A DNA stretch of 64,000 nucleotides, from contig CBDBCR010000001.1 in NCBI GenBank assembly GCA_965203465.1, positions 64,001-128,000 of the forward strand. The letters are read 5' to 3'. A program made the translations under genes and the position numbers. The notes under the pieces were generated by a model. That model searched no databases and had not been told where the DNA came from. It saw only the letters and a program-made list of their open reading frames with translations. This DNA is from Nitrosopumilaceae archaeon (lineage in GTDB: Archaea; Thermoproteota; Nitrososphaeria; Nitrososphaerales; Nitrosopumilaceae). Positions 36,309 to 45,993 of the stretch are shown here, in pieces. How positions within the stretch are numbered: the first letter of the stretch is position 1; every line of letters starts with the position of its first letter.

Positions 36309-36421
36309 ATGCCCTATGTAGGAAATACAACTATTTAACACCTAGCCTGCGTTTTACCGGTCGGAGCGGCCGATTCCCGCAATTTTTACGCAAAACCGCC
36401 GATATGGTTGAAGCCACCGAT

Positions 36422-38527
36422 CTAGGCCTGCGCCTGCGGTGGCGCGCCGCCCGAGACCAGATCCAGGGCCGCGTCCATGTCCCGCTGCGTGACGAGGATC
36501 TCGCCGCCGCCCGAGACGTGGCGCCGCAGCGCGGCCAGGGCGGCCCGCTCGCACACCGCCTCGAGCTGCGCGCCGCTGAGCCCCCCGGCGCGGCGCGCCA
36601 GGGCCCCGAGGTCGACGCCGGCCGTCGGCTTGGAGCTTGTATGTATGGCCAGTATCTTTTCGCGGCTCTTTAGGTCGGGCAGCGGCACCTCGACTACGCG
36701 GTCGAACCTGCCGGGGCGCATCAGCGCCGGATCCAGCATGTCGGGGCGGTTGGTGGCAGCGACCACCACCACGCCCTGCAATTCTTCGAGCCCGTCCATC
36801 TCGGTGAGCATCTGCGAGACGACGTTCTCGGAGGCGCGCGACGAATCCGAGCCGCTGCGCCGGGGGGCCAGCGCGTCGATCTCGTCAAAGAACACCACGC
36901 ACGGGGCCGCCTGCCTGGCCTTGCGGAATATCTCGCGCACGCCCTTTTCGGATTCGCCGACCCACTTTGAAAAGAGCTCCGGGCCCTTTACGCTGATAAA
37001 GTTGGAGTCAGTCATGCGCGCCACGGCCTTTGCTATCAGCGTCTTGCCCGTGCCGGGCGGGCCGTGCAGCAGTATGCCGGCCGGCGCCGAGACGCCGGCG
37101 CGCTCGAACGCCTCGCGGTGCAGCAGCGGCCACTCTATGGCCTCGCGCAGCTCCTCCTTGAGCTTGTCCAGGCCGCCCACGTCGTCCCACGAGACGTCGG
37201 GCACCTGCACGAGCACCTCGCGCAGCGCCGACGGGCGCACCTCCTTTAGCGCGCCGGCCAGATCCCCGGTGGTGATGCGGATCTTTTCGAGCGTCTCGGC
37301 CGGCACCCTGCCCCCGCCCAAGTCCACGCCGGGCAGGACGCGCCGCAGCGCGGCCATGGCCGCCTCCTTTGCCAGCGACTCCAGGTCGGCGCCGACAAAG
37401 CCGTGCGTGGCCCGGGCCGCGCGGTCCAGGTCGGCCGACCCGTCGAGCGGCATGCCGCGCGTGTGTATGGCCAGTATCTCGCGGCGGCCGGCCTCGTCGG
37501 GTATCCCTATCTCGATCTCGCGGTCGAACCTGCCGGGCCGCCGCAGGGCCGGATCTATGGAATCGGGCCTGTTGGTGGCCGCGAGCACCACCACCTTGCC
37601 GCGCGAGCGTATCCCGTCCATGAGGGTGAGCAGCTGGGAGACGACGCGCTTTTCGACCTCGCCGGAGACCTCGTCGCGCTTTGGCGCGATCGAATCGAGC
37701 TCGTCTATGAAGACTATGGACGGCGCCTCACGGCCGGCCTGCTCGAAGACCGAGCGCACGCGCTCCTCGCTCTCGCCGTGGTACTTGCCCATGATCTCGG
37801 GGCCGCTGAGCGAAAAGAACCGCGCGTCGGTCTCGCCGGCCACCGCGCGGGCCAGCAGGGTCTTGCCCGTGCCGGGCGGGCCGTACAGCAGCACGCCCTT
37901 GGGCGCCTCGACCCCGATCCTCTCGAAGAGCTCGGGGTGCCGCATGGGCAGCTCTACCATCTCGCGTATCTTGCGGACCTCGCCGCGCAGGCCGCCGAGA
38001 TCGTCGTAGGTGACGCGCGGCGCCGAGGCGTCGACGGTCTTTGTCATGGGGCCCGCCTCGAAGCGCGTCAGATCCGAGACGATCACCGGGCCGGCCGGCC
38101 TGGTGGCGGTCACCACGAACTGCGCGCGCCCGCCCATGCGGGTGCTCAGCGAGACGGTGTCCCCCACGGTGAAGACGTGGTTGGCGTAGTTGGCCGCCAT
38201 GTAGTCGTGCAGGCCGCCGGCCTCTATCTTTTCGGTGGGCGAGAGCGTGACCGCCTCCGCGGGGGGCGCCTCGACGGCGCGCGCGGAGACGCGGTCGCCG
38301 ATGCCGGCGCCGATGTTGCGGCGCGTCACGCCGTCGACGCGGATCGTCCCGGCCCCTCCGGGCGGCGCCGGCCACGCCTTTACGTGCGACTTGCGGTTGT
38401 GCACCAGCTCGATTATCTGCCCGCTACTCCACCCGTTGCCGCGCATGTCCTCCGGGTCCACTAGGGCCCGGCCGCGCCCCACGTGCTGTTGGGGGATCTC
38501 GCCTACCGCGAATTTCTTGCCTTCCAT
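36422..38527 (-). CDS. cdc48: CDC48/VAT AAA+ ATPase
   Basis: Two GPPGTGKT Walker A motifs, DELDS/DEIDA Walker B, RPGRFDR twice, N-domain. Confidence 0.96.
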   Translation of the reverse strand: MEGKKFAVGEIPQQHVGRGRALVDPEDMRGNGWSSGQIIELVHNRKSHVKAWPAPPGGAGTIRVDGVTRRNIGAGIGDRVSARAVEAPPAEAVTLSPTEKIEAGGLHDYMAANYANHVFTVGDTVSLSTRMGGRAQFVVTATRPAGPVIVSDLTRFEAGPMTKTVDASAPRVTYDDLGGLRGEVRKIREMVELPMRHPELFERIGVEAPKGVLLYGPPGTGKTLLARAVAGETDARFFSLSGPEIMGKYHGESEERVRSVFEQAGREAPSIVFIDELDSIAPKRDEVSGEVEKRVVSQLLTLMDGIRSRGKVVVLAATNRPDSIDPALRRPGRFDREIEIGIPDEAGRREILAIHTRGMPLDGSADLDRAARATHGFVGADLESLAKEAAMAALRRVLPGVDLGGGRVPAETLEKIRITTGDLAGALKEVRPSALREVLVQVPDVSWDDVGGLDKLKEELREAIEWPLLHREAFERAGVSAPAGILLHGPPGTGKTLIAKAVARMTDSNFISVKGPELFSKWVGESEKGVREIFRKARQAAPCVVFFDEIDALAPRRSGSDSSRASENVVSQMLTEMDGLEELQGVVVVAATNRPDMLDPALMRPGRFDRVVEVPLPDLKSREKILAIHTSSKPTAGVDLGALARRAGGLSGAQLEAVCERAALAALRRHVSGGGEILVTQRDMDAALDLVSGGAPPQAQA

Positions 38528-38556
38528 CGTATCACCATAAAAAGAAAAAAGGGGGG

Positions 38557-39024
38557 TTAGGCTACCTCCACGGTCTTGCCGGTCTGCGCGCCGGGGGCCG
38601 CCTCGAACGAGATCTCGAGGATCCCGTTCTTGTAGGACGCCCTCGCGGAATCGCGGTCGACGGGATCGCCGAGGGGCACGCGCGCGCGGTACTTTTTGTC
38701 GCCGCGCTCGGCCTTGATCTCGACGTGCTCGTCCTGGGCCACGATCTTGATGTCGCCCTTTTCGACCCCGGGCATCTCGGCCACCAGCTTTACGCCGCCG
38801 TTCTTTTCGTCGACTATGGTATCGACGGGCGGCTGCCGGCCCTGCGTGCCAGGTAGCGTGTCGGGCCGCGCGTTCCCGTACTCGCGCACCACGGGCCTCC
38901 CGTCCGGTCCTACCGTCAGGGTGTAGCCGTAGCAGACGGGTCCGCCGGCACCCTCCAGGCTCTCCAGGTCGAACGCCCTGGCCAGCCGTTGGAGGAGTCT
39001 GTCATATTCGCCAAACACTGTCAT
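38557..39024 (-). CDS. hsp20: Archaeal small heat-shock protein Hsp20
   Basis: [38 protein letters not shown]. Confidence 0.95.
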   Translation of the reverse strand: MTVFGEYDRLLQRLARAFDLESLEGAGGPVCYGYTLTVGPDGRPVVREYGNARPDTLPGTQGRQPPVDTIVDEKNGGVKLVAEMPGVEKGDIKIVAQDEHVEIKAERGDKKYRARVPLGDPVDRDSARASYKNGILEISFEAAPGAQTGKTVEVA

Positions 39025-39036
39025 AACACCTTGTCT

Positions 39037-39062
39037 ATGTCACGCATATGACATTATATAAA
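39037..39062 (-). promoter_or_regulatory. hsp20-cdc48 promoter: TTTATATA box followed by palindrome ATGTCA-N6-TGACAT (candidate operator)
   Basis: Perfect 6-bp inverted repeat at 39037-39054 directly adjacent to the TATA box at 39055-39062. Confidence 0.55.
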
Positions 39063-39243
39063 CATTGGGGGTTTTCCCGGAAATGGCGCAGATCGGATCT
39101 TTTTCGGTCTATGTCGGATATCCGGCGACGAATTCAGGCGTACGCGTTTGGACAAAGGCCGGAAACTGGTTTCCGGCTCTGAATCCCACCTGTCCGGTAC
39201 GTGACACAAATGAAATATTAGTCGCGCCTGCCCCTCCCGGGGC

Positions 39244-39888
39244 GTGAGGACAGGATCGGTGCAGGAGGCGGTCAGGGGGATAATGGCCGGAAACCGCGCC
39301 GTGCTCGACTGCATGAGGATGGAGATAATCAACTACACGGCCCTGGCCGCCCGGATGCAGCCCGAGGTCGAGAGGCGGGTGGGCGCGCCGGTCAACCTCA
39401 ACACCGTGGTGGTCGCCGTCAAGCGGTATTCTGACTCGCTAAAGGGCGAGGCGTACAGGCCGGACGGCTCGGCCATGAGGGACGCGAGGCTCACGCTGAC
39501 CGACGGCATGGTGGACATACGGGTGTCGGCCGAGGGCGGGGCCGCCGGGCTGCTGGAGCGCTTTTCGGCGGTCTCGGCCGAGCACGAGGTCTTCGGGGAT
39601 TCGGGCGCGCTGCGGATACTGGCCGAAGATTTGGACGCGGTCAGGCGCCTCGCGGGCTCTGTCGGGGAGCTGAGCTCGGGCCTCGCCAAGATAAACATCG
39701 CCGTGCCGCCCGGCGGCAGCGGCTCGGAGATAGCCTCGTTCGTGGCCCAAGAGCTGCGCGCGGCCGGCGTGGAGCTGGTAGACGCCCACTTTACCCGCGA
39801 AAAGATAGTCATAGTGCTCGACGAGGCCGACGCCTCGCGGGCCTACGAGGCCCTGCGCGCCGGCATGGCCGGCCTGCAAGGCATTTAA
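39244..39888 (+). CDS. ACT-domain-containing archaeal regulatory protein
   Basis: IINYTALA...TVVVAVKRY N-terminus; C-terminal ACT-like ...IVIVLDEADASRAYEAL. Confidence 0.75.
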   Translation: MRTGSVQEAVRGIMAGNRAVLDCMRMEIINYTALAARMQPEVERRVGAPVNLNTVVVAVKRYSDSLKGEAYRPDGSAMRDARLTLTDGMVDIRVSAEGGAAGLLERFSAVSAEHEVFGDSGALRILAEDLDAVRRLAGSVGELSSGLAKINIAVPPGGSGSEIASFVAQELRAAGVELVDAHFTREKIVIVLDEADASRAYEALRAGMAGLQGI

Positions 39889-39892
39889 TAGA

Positions 39893-41233
39893 ATGGCGGG
39901 GCAGTCCGCGGCGGTGGGCTCGGACAGGAAAAAGCGCGTGGTGGTTCTGGGGGGCGGCTTTGCCGGGGTGCTGTGCGTCAGGAAGCTGGAGGAGCACCTG
40001 GGCGACGAGGCGGAGATAGTCATGGTCAGCGAGGACAACTTTTGGCTGTTCACGCCCATGCTGCCGCAGGTGGCCGCGGGCACCATAGAGTCCAGGCACG
40101 TGGTGCTGCCGATAAGGACGGTGGTCAAAAAGGCGGCCTTTTACGAGGGGCGCATAAAGAACATCGACCCGTACGGGAAGGTGGTCGACTTGGAGGGCAC
40201 GGACGGCAGGCGCGGCGCCTCGCTAAAGTACGACTATCTGGTTCTCGGGATGGGCAGCGAGACCAACTTTTTCGGCATGAAGGACCTGGAAAAGAACGCC
40301 TACCAGATGAAGACGCTGAGCGACGCGGTGATGGTGCGCAACAGGATAATAGACATGCTCGAAAAGGCCGAGAACGAGGACGACCCCATACTGCGCAGGA
40401 GCATGCTGACGTTCGTGGTCGTCGGCGGCGGGTTCGCCGGCATAGAGACGGCCGGCGAGCTGGAAGATCTCATAGCCGACGTGACAAAGCACTACAGGCA
40501 CATCTCGCGCGGCGACGCCGAGGTCATGGTGCTCGAGGCCGGCTCCCGGATACTGGCCGGGTTCGAGGACAGCCTGGCCGAGTTCACGAGGGAAAAGCTC
40601 GCCGGGCGCGGGATAGAGATATCCCTGAGGTCCGCGGTGAGCAGCTTTGACGGGAGCGAGGCGATCGTAAAGAGCCTGGACGGGGGCGAGTCGCGCGCCA
40701 TCCAGACAAAGACCGTCATCTGGACGGCCGGCGTCACGCCCGTCTCAACCATAAAGCGATCCCTCTTCAAGACCGAAAAGGGCAAGGTCGTCGTGGACGG
40801 CCACATGGGAGTGCCCGAGTTTCCCGGCGTGTACGCGATAGGCGACTGCGCCCTGTTCACGGACGGCGGGGCGCCGCTGCCCCCCACCGCGCAGGTGGCC
40901 GAGGCCGAGGCCAAGGTGGCCGCGCGCAACATACTCAACGACATACGCGGGGATCCCAGGGTAAAGCTGGCCTACAAGTCCAAGGGCCAGATGGCCGTGG
41001 TGGGCCAGCGCGTCGGCGTCGCGCTGTTCATGGGCGCCAAGATCTACGGGTTTTCCGCGTGGCTGCTGTGGAGGAGCGTCTATCTTTCAAAGATACCCAA
41101 CGGGGAAAAGCGCCTGCGCGTGTTCCTGGACTGGACCATAGACTGGATCTTCGGCAGGGACATCTCGCGCCTAAAGTTCATGCGGCGCGCGCGCGACGAG
41201 CAGACAGAGGCCGACGACCAAGACTTTTGGTGA
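39893..41233 (+). CDS. ndh: Type II NADH:quinone oxidoreductase family flavoprotein
   Basis: VVLGGGFAG, FTPMLP, YDYLVL, VVGGGFAGIETAGE, WTAGV, YAIGD, PPTAQVA. Confidence 0.9.
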   Translation: MAGQSAAVGSDRKKRVVVLGGGFAGVLCVRKLEEHLGDEAEIVMVSEDNFWLFTPMLPQVAAGTIESRHVVLPIRTVVKKAAFYEGRIKNIDPYGKVVDLEGTDGRRGASLKYDYLVLGMGSETNFFGMKDLEKNAYQMKTLSDAVMVRNRIIDMLEKAENEDDPILRRSMLTFVVVGGGFAGIETAGELEDLIADVTKHYRHISRGDAEVMVLEAGSRILAGFEDSLAEFTREKLAGRGIEISLRSAVSSFDGSEAIVKSLDGGESRAIQTKTVIWTAGVTPVSTIKRSLFKTEKGKVVVDGHMGVPEFPGVYAIGDCALFTDGGAPLPPTAQVAEAEAKVAARNILNDIRGDPRVKLAYKSKGQMAVVGQRVGVALFMGAKIYGFSAWLLWRSVYLSKIPNGEKRLRVFLDWTIDWIFGRDISRLKFMRRARDEQTEADDQDFW

Positions 41234-42677
41234 GCAGCGCCGCGGCGACGGGCGCGCCGGCGTAGATTCCGGCGTTGGCCAGCAGCGCCAGGGAGCCTAG
41301 GACGAGGAACTGCGCCTCGGTCTGCGCGTAAGAGACGACGCCCAGCGTGTGCACCATGGGCACAGCTGCCGCCCCCACGATCTGGCGCAGCGCGGGGCTC
41401 TGCCTCTCCAGATCCGCCAAGGCCGGCGAGAACGAATAGTAGGCGGCGTTGAACGCGGACAGGAACGCGGCGCCGGCCCCGGTGCCCGCCAGGTCCTGGC
41501 GCGCCTCGCGCAGCTTCTGCACGGCGGGGGCAAGCTCGGTGCCGTAGGCCGCCGTAGCTACGAGGCAGCCGCCTCCGGCCTCGGCGCCCTCGAACTCCAT
41601 GCTCGCGAGCACCCCGTCGTAGGCGGCCAGGAGCCTTTCGTGGTCCGGCGCGGTCGACGTGAACGAGACATAGTAGGCGCGATCGCCGGAGACCACGGCC
41701 GTGTCCGTGAACCGCACGTCGAGGCCCATCACCGCGCTCTGGGCCGAGACCGTCGAGGCCTCGAGGCCGCCGGCCGTGGAGCCGCGCTCGGAGAGTATCT
41801 CCAGGCTGCCGGCGTCTATGGCGTTCTGGAGCTCTTCCATCCTGTCCGAGGCTATCTGGTCGAGCGTCTTGCCGTCGGACGGCAGTACCGTGAACGATAT
41901 GGACGGGGGCAGCCCGGGCCCGGGCAGCAACACGGCCACGTCCGGCGCGTTCTCGCCGGTCGGCTCCTGCAGGATCCAGCCCGCCGGCGGCTCGAACGAA
42001 AAGCCCAGCTCTGAGCTGCTGTACTTTTCGGGCGCCTCCGCGCCGGGCGCGGCGCCGGTTCGCGCCGGCTCGCCCAGCTCCAAAAGCCTCAGCTCCGAGG
42101 CTGAGGCGTGGCGCGCGGATTCAAGGACGGCCGACTGCCACTCGACGGGGCGGTCCCCCGCGTCGGTCGGCAGCGCCGCGATGCGGTCGAGCGCGTCGAG
42201 GCCCTGCTGCGTGACCACCCTCCCGAAGACTGTGTACTGGCCGTCCAGAAAGTTGGAGTCCGCGTGCACTATGAAGAACTGCGAGCCGGCGCTGTCCGGA
42301 TCCGCCGAGCGGGCCATCGATACGATGCCGCGCACGTGCTGTATGTCGTTGAACTCTTGGTCAAGGTTGGACGGGCCGCCGGTACCCCACATGTCCTTTG
42401 TCGACTCGCCCTCGCGTGTGAGCGGATCGCCGCCCTGTATCATAAAGCCCGGTATTATCCGGTGGAAGAGCGTCCCGTCGTAGAACTTTTCGGAGGCAAG
42501 ATCTGCAAAGTTGGCAGCGTGGCGCGGGGCGTCGTCCCAGAACAGCTCTATGGCTATCTGGCCGGCGCTGGTCTCGAGCACCACGAACTCGGGCTGCTGG
42601 GCAGAGGCCAGCGGGACGGCAACGCAGGCAAGGGCGGCCAGCAGCAGGGGGATCCTCACGCGGGCGGGCCCGGGCAC
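41178..42677 (-). CDS. Secreted cyclophilin-type PPIase + PsbP-like domain + CFI-box-CTERM
   Basis: FYDGTLFHRIIPGFMIQGGDP, SMARSADPDSAGSQFFI, LDGQYTVFG; FSFEPPAGW; GGCLVATAAYG. Confidence 0.92.
   Translation of the reverse strand: MPGPARVRIPLLLAALACVAVPLASAQQPEFVVLETSAGQIAIELFWDDAPRHAANFADLASEKFYDGTLFHRIIPGFMIQGGDPLTREGESTKDMWGTGGPSNLDQEFNDIQHVRGIVSMARSADPDSAGSQFFIVHADSNFLDGQYTVFGRVVTQQGLDALDRIAALPTDAGDRPVEWQSAVLESARHASASELRLLELGEPARTGAAPGAEAPEKYSSSELGFSFEPPAGWILQEPTGENAPDVAVLLPGPGLPPSISFTVLPSDGKTLDQIASDRMEELQNAIDAGSLEILSERGSTAGGLEASTVSAQSAVMGLDVRFTDTAVVSGDRAYYVSFTSTAPDHERLLAAYDGVLASMEFEGAEAGGGCLVATAAYGTELAPAVQKLREARQDLAGTGAGAAFLSAFNAAYYSFSPALADLERQSPALRQIVGAAAVPMVHTLGVVSYAQTEAQFLVLGSLALLANAGIYAGAPVAAALLTKSLGRRPLSARRARAA
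41251..41573. repeat. CFI-box-CTERM coding module, copy 1 (direct repeat)
   Basis: 323 bp; about 14 mismatches and no gaps versus 46034-46356 by manual comparison. Confidence 0.93.
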
Positions 42678-42716
42678 CCCGCATAAAACATTTGGTTTTT
42701 GGTTAGGGGCGCCAAC

Positions 42717-42826
42717 CTGTTCTGCCGGTCATGGAAGATTTCGCCCATGCCTGCATGGCGCGCGAAGGGGAGGCGAAATTTTCAATGACCGATAAAATGG
42801 GTAAACGCCCGGCTGGCTCAAATCGG
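42717..42826. repeat. Dispersed palindromic element, copy B (intact 20-bp inverted repeat)
   Basis: CGGTCATGGAAGATTTCGCC...GGCGAAATTTTCAATGACCG, 18/20 match; similar to 27523-27618. Confidence 0.8.
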
Positions 42827-42914
42827 CCGCTCTGGTCATCGCGTAGGTGCGGTGGGCACTGCAACGAAGGCCCTCTTGGGTACACGGAGGAATTTGCCAC
42901 CCGTGTGCGGTAGG

Positions 42915-43757
42915 CTACAGAGAGGCGGTACGCTCTGCAACAAACAGCGACTTGGCGGCTTTCTCAAAGAGGTCCAAGAATCCTTCTTCTGCCGTCTTTT
43001 TTAAGCTCACAGTTGAAACGGTGTGCAACAAGCCATAGCGTGCAAAGTATATTCCCGCCGAGGACAGATCCACATTTTCTTTATCGTTTATCCTACCGAG
43101 CCGCGACAAAAGATAGTAGCCGATGAGTTGGTTGTACATGTCTTGCTTGAACGACAGTGTTTTTGTCGTCTTTATGTCTATCAACACGCCATCGATAATA
43201 AGGTCAGCGTCTGCGCCGCTTACAAGTGATGACGCTTCGCCGAAGTTCGGATTCAAGTAGCATGTTTGCGACGGCTTCGGAAAACAGCGCACTGCCACAG
43301 TCAGAAGGTTGCGCAAATCCTCCACATCCGCATTTTCCGCAGTGACAAAATCGTATGTCCTGCCAGTCCTATAAAACACATCAAGCTGTACCAGATCAAA
43401 CGCGCTACGGATTAAATCGTCGCCAACCTTCCCTGTATCCAAGTAATTGTGGTGAGCGGTTTGGGCCGCGCGTAGTTTGGATTTTGCGTCCGCCAACCAA
43501 CCTTTGTCATATTCAATTGCGCCACGATCCAGTGCGGTAATTGCGTGTTCAGCTATCCATTTAGTAGTAACAGATGGAGCAAAAGTTCGCTCCAAGTGGA
43601 AGCGCAACAGGTAATCAAACGCGGTGCCAATATGGCTCGCCCGCCCGCTGATCGGCGGTGCAAGCAGGTCGCCCTCAAGGCGGGGTTTTGCCACGGGAAA
43701 CGCCTCTTTGAACATGGCCTTTATCGGGGCCAGTTTGAGCATTTGTGTTAACGACAT
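42915..43757 (-). CDS. Stand-alone PD-(D/E)XK nuclease-fold protein, horizontally acquired
   Basis: IGTAFDYLLRF, NPNFG, GADADLIIDGVLIDIKTTK, QLIGYYLL, GIYFARYG; lower GC. Confidence 0.75.
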   Translation of the reverse strand: MSLTQMLKLAPIKAMFKEAFPVAKPRLEGDLLAPPISGRASHIGTAFDYLLRFHLERTFAPSVTTKWIAEHAITALDRGAIEYDKGWLADAKSKLRAAQTAHHNYLDTGKVGDDLIRSAFDLVQLDVFYRTGRTYDFVTAENADVEDLRNLLTVAVRCFPKPSQTCYLNPNFGEASSLVSGADADLIIDGVLIDIKTTKTLSFKQDMYNQLIGYYLLSRLGRINDKENVDLSSAGIYFARYGLLHTVSTVSLKKTAEEGFLDLFEKAAKSLFVAERTASL

Positions 43758-43909
43758 AGCATCCCCCCACAACGGGGTCTTATAGGGCTAGCGAAGTAGT
43801 TGGCGCCCGGATTGTTGGGGGGCGGCTCTACCCGAAACCGAACAGTGCTCCTGCCCAGCGCCGGTTGGTTAACTAACCATTTTTAACGCCTCGCGCCCGC
43901 GCCGCCCGC

Positions 43910-44395
43910 GTGGACGAGCAGATACAGGCGCACGTGGTCTCGGTCTGGAGGGAGCCCAAAAAGCTGCTCGCCCTGCACGGCAGGGAGGGCATGCTGGTCC
44001 TGACGAACAGGCGGCTCGGCTTCATACACCGCACCGAGTCGAAGGCCAGGTGGTGGGAGGCCGTCGTGGGCAGGCAGGCGCTGGGGCTGCTGCGCGACCC
44101 GGGCCTGATGAACGTGCACGACGGGTACGGGGCGGCCGAGTTTTCCCAGGACGCAGAAAACGAGAAAAACACGGTGATCGGGTTCGGCGACATAGCCGAC
44201 ATCGGCCACGCCGAAAAGGCGTGGGGCAGCGTCATGACCATGTCGTACGAACTGGGCGGCCGGGCCGAAAAGCACGACTATTCGATAGTGAGGGACTGGG
44301 TAAAGTACCCCGTAAAGGCGCCGACCAGCTACATGAAGGCGGACTGGGAGCCGTTCGTGCGGTACGTGCGCGACAGGCAGGGCGCCAGGCCGTGA
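43910..44395 (+). CDS. Hypothetical protein, PH/GRAM-like fold possible
   Basis: EGMLVLTNRRLGF motif; leaderless GTG after TTTTAA; stop overlaps the cbiE start. Confidence 0.7.
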   Translation: MDEQIQAHVVSVWREPKKLLALHGREGMLVLTNRRLGFIHRTESKARWWEAVVGRQALGLLRDPGLMNVHDGYGAAEFSQDAENEKNTVIGFGDIADIGHAEKAWGSVMTMSYELGGRAEKHDYSIVRDWVKYPVKAPTSYMKADWEPFVRYVRDRQGARP

Positions 44396-45105
44396 AGGTG
44401 TACGCGGTCGGCATAGGGCCCGGCTCACGCGAGTGCATGACAGGCGAGGCGGTCAGCGCCGTGATGGAGAGCGACCTGGTGATAGGGTACGCCCACACGC
44501 TCGAGGCGCTGGGCGAGCTGCTGGACGGCAAAAAGACGGTCACCGTGACCATGTCCAGCCAGGAGGAGGCCTACCAGGAGGCGCGCAGGATCGGGCGCGG
44601 CACGCTGCTCGTGCCGTTCGCCGGCGACGCCTCGTTTTCGGAATCCGAGGTGGTGGACAGGCTCGTCGAGATATTCGGCGACGTCGAGGTGGTGCCGGGG
44701 GTAAGCTCGGTGCAGGCCGCCGCCGCGCGCGCCGGCGTGCCGCTGGACCGCGCGCGCGTCATCACCATGCACGTGACCGGCGACATCGAGGAGAAGAAAC
44801 TCGAGATGCTAAAGGCCTTGATAGACGGGCTCGGCGTGGTGCTGGTGCCGCGGCCGTGGCCCTCCGATCCGGAAAGAAACTTCATGCCCTCCGAGGCGGC
44901 CCGGTACCTGAGGGCGCGCGGCCTGGACACGTCCGGCGTCAGGGCGCGCGTGTACGAATCGCTCACGCTGGCCGGCGAGACCGCGTTCGACGGGACCGTA
45001 AAGATGCTGGAGGGGAGGGAGTTTTCGGCGCTCTGCGTGGCGGTGCTCGGCGGCCCCGAGCCGGACTCTTACATGAACTACCGGTGGCAGTGGGAAAAGC
45101 CCTAG
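44392..45105 (+). CDS. cbiE: Cobalt-precorrin-7 C5-methyltransferase
   Basis: VYAVGIGPG, GDASFS, VPGVSSVQAAAA, VYESLT; tetrapyrrole methylase fold. Confidence 0.85.
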   Translation: MKVYAVGIGPGSRECMTGEAVSAVMESDLVIGYAHTLEALGELLDGKKTVTVTMSSQEEAYQEARRIGRGTLLVPFAGDASFSESEVVDRLVEIFGDVEVVPGVSSVQAAAARAGVPLDRARVITMHVTGDIEEKKLEMLKALIDGLGVVLVPRPWPSDPERNFMPSEAARYLRARGLDTSGVRARVYESLTLAGETAFDGTVKMLEGREFSALCVAVLGGPEPDSYMNYRWQWEKP

Positions 45106-45941
45106 GAGGGCACCAGCACTATCACGAGCACCCGCATCCGCGGATCGTCCGGATCCACGAAGCGGTGCGTGCCCGGCTCGTCGAACGTGACGCCGGCCGA
45201 GCCGCCCGGCCGGACGAGCAAGTCGGTCTTGCCGTCGTGCACCACGTTGCAGCCGCCGGTCCTGCCCGGCCTTATCTTTACAAAGTCGGCCGGCGTCTCG
45301 GCGGTGGTGCACGGCACCCCCGAGGTCGGGTTGCGCTCGTTGGTCACGGTCCCGCTCACGATGCGGCGCGTCTCCGTGTCCCCGTTGACGAACGCGAGGG
45401 TCTGCCCGCGCGTCATGCTCAGCTGCGTCGGCTCAAAGTTGGAGTCGGGGCCCGGCGTTATCCGCACGGTCGCGTCGGCGTCGGCCGGCGCCTGCGCGCC
45501 CGCCTCCTGCGCTACCCGCGCCACCCAGGCCACGCGGTGGGACTGGCCGCCCTCCGAGAGCCTGCCCGAGAAAAAGTACAGCCAGTTGTCGCCCTCTCGG
45601 CCCACCAGCTTGCCGAGCGCCCCCAGGCCCGCGCTGCCCGCAGACGAGTCGAGCTCGGCCGAGACGCGCAGGAACCTGCCCTCGCGCATGGACGCCGCCT
45701 CGGCCGAGCTCACCGAGTAGGTGTTTTCCGAAGAGACCGTGCCCGAGATCGAGAACGGGACTTCGCCGCCGGAGGCCGGGCCGGTCTCCAGCGAGAGGCT
45801 CGCCGTGAAACGGACGGGCGGGCCCTCCTGCAGAACGTAGCCGGATCCGACCGCCTCGAATCCAGAGTCGGGCTCCAGCGCGGCCGCCGGCGCCATAGCT
45901 GCAAGGGCCAGCGCGGCCAGCGCCGGCATAAGCTGCCTCAC
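45102..45941 (-). CDS. Secreted protein with a cupredoxin-like C-terminal domain lacking canonical Cu ligands
   Basis: Signal peptide; FEPTQL..TRGQT..FVNGD, VTFDEPGTHRFVDPDDPRM. Confidence 0.7.
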   Translation of the reverse strand: MRQLMPALAALALAAMAPAAALEPDSGFEAVGSGYVLQEGPPVRFTASLSLETGPASGGEVPFSISGTVSSENTYSVSSAEAASMREGRFLRVSAELDSSAGSAGLGALGKLVGREGDNWLYFFSGRLSEGGQSHRVAWVARVAQEAGAQAPADADATVRITPGPDSNFEPTQLSMTRGQTLAFVNGDTETRRIVSGTVTNERNPTSGVPCTTAETPADFVKIRPGRTGGCNVVHDGKTDLLVRPGGSAGVTFDEPGTHRFVDPDDPRMRVLVIVLVPS

Positions 45942-45993
45942 GGTACTGTTGCGCGGCGGGGCAATATATGGCGCGTGGCGAAAAAACATTGAC

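Noticed and set aside
36392-36415. AAACCGCCGATATG resembling the archaeal SRP RNA Alu segment
   Set aside because: A ~300-nt SRP RNA would run antisense through cdc48, and no helix-8 GGAA motif follows
41178-41233. 56-bp convergent overlap of the ndh and PPIase genes (also cbiF/racemase)
   Set aside because: Short 3' overlaps are frequent throughout this compact GC-rich window
42700-42826. Canonical integron attC site
   Set aside because: No proper RYYYAAC/GTTRRRY pair at the arm ends and no integrase in the window; kept only as a generic palindromic element
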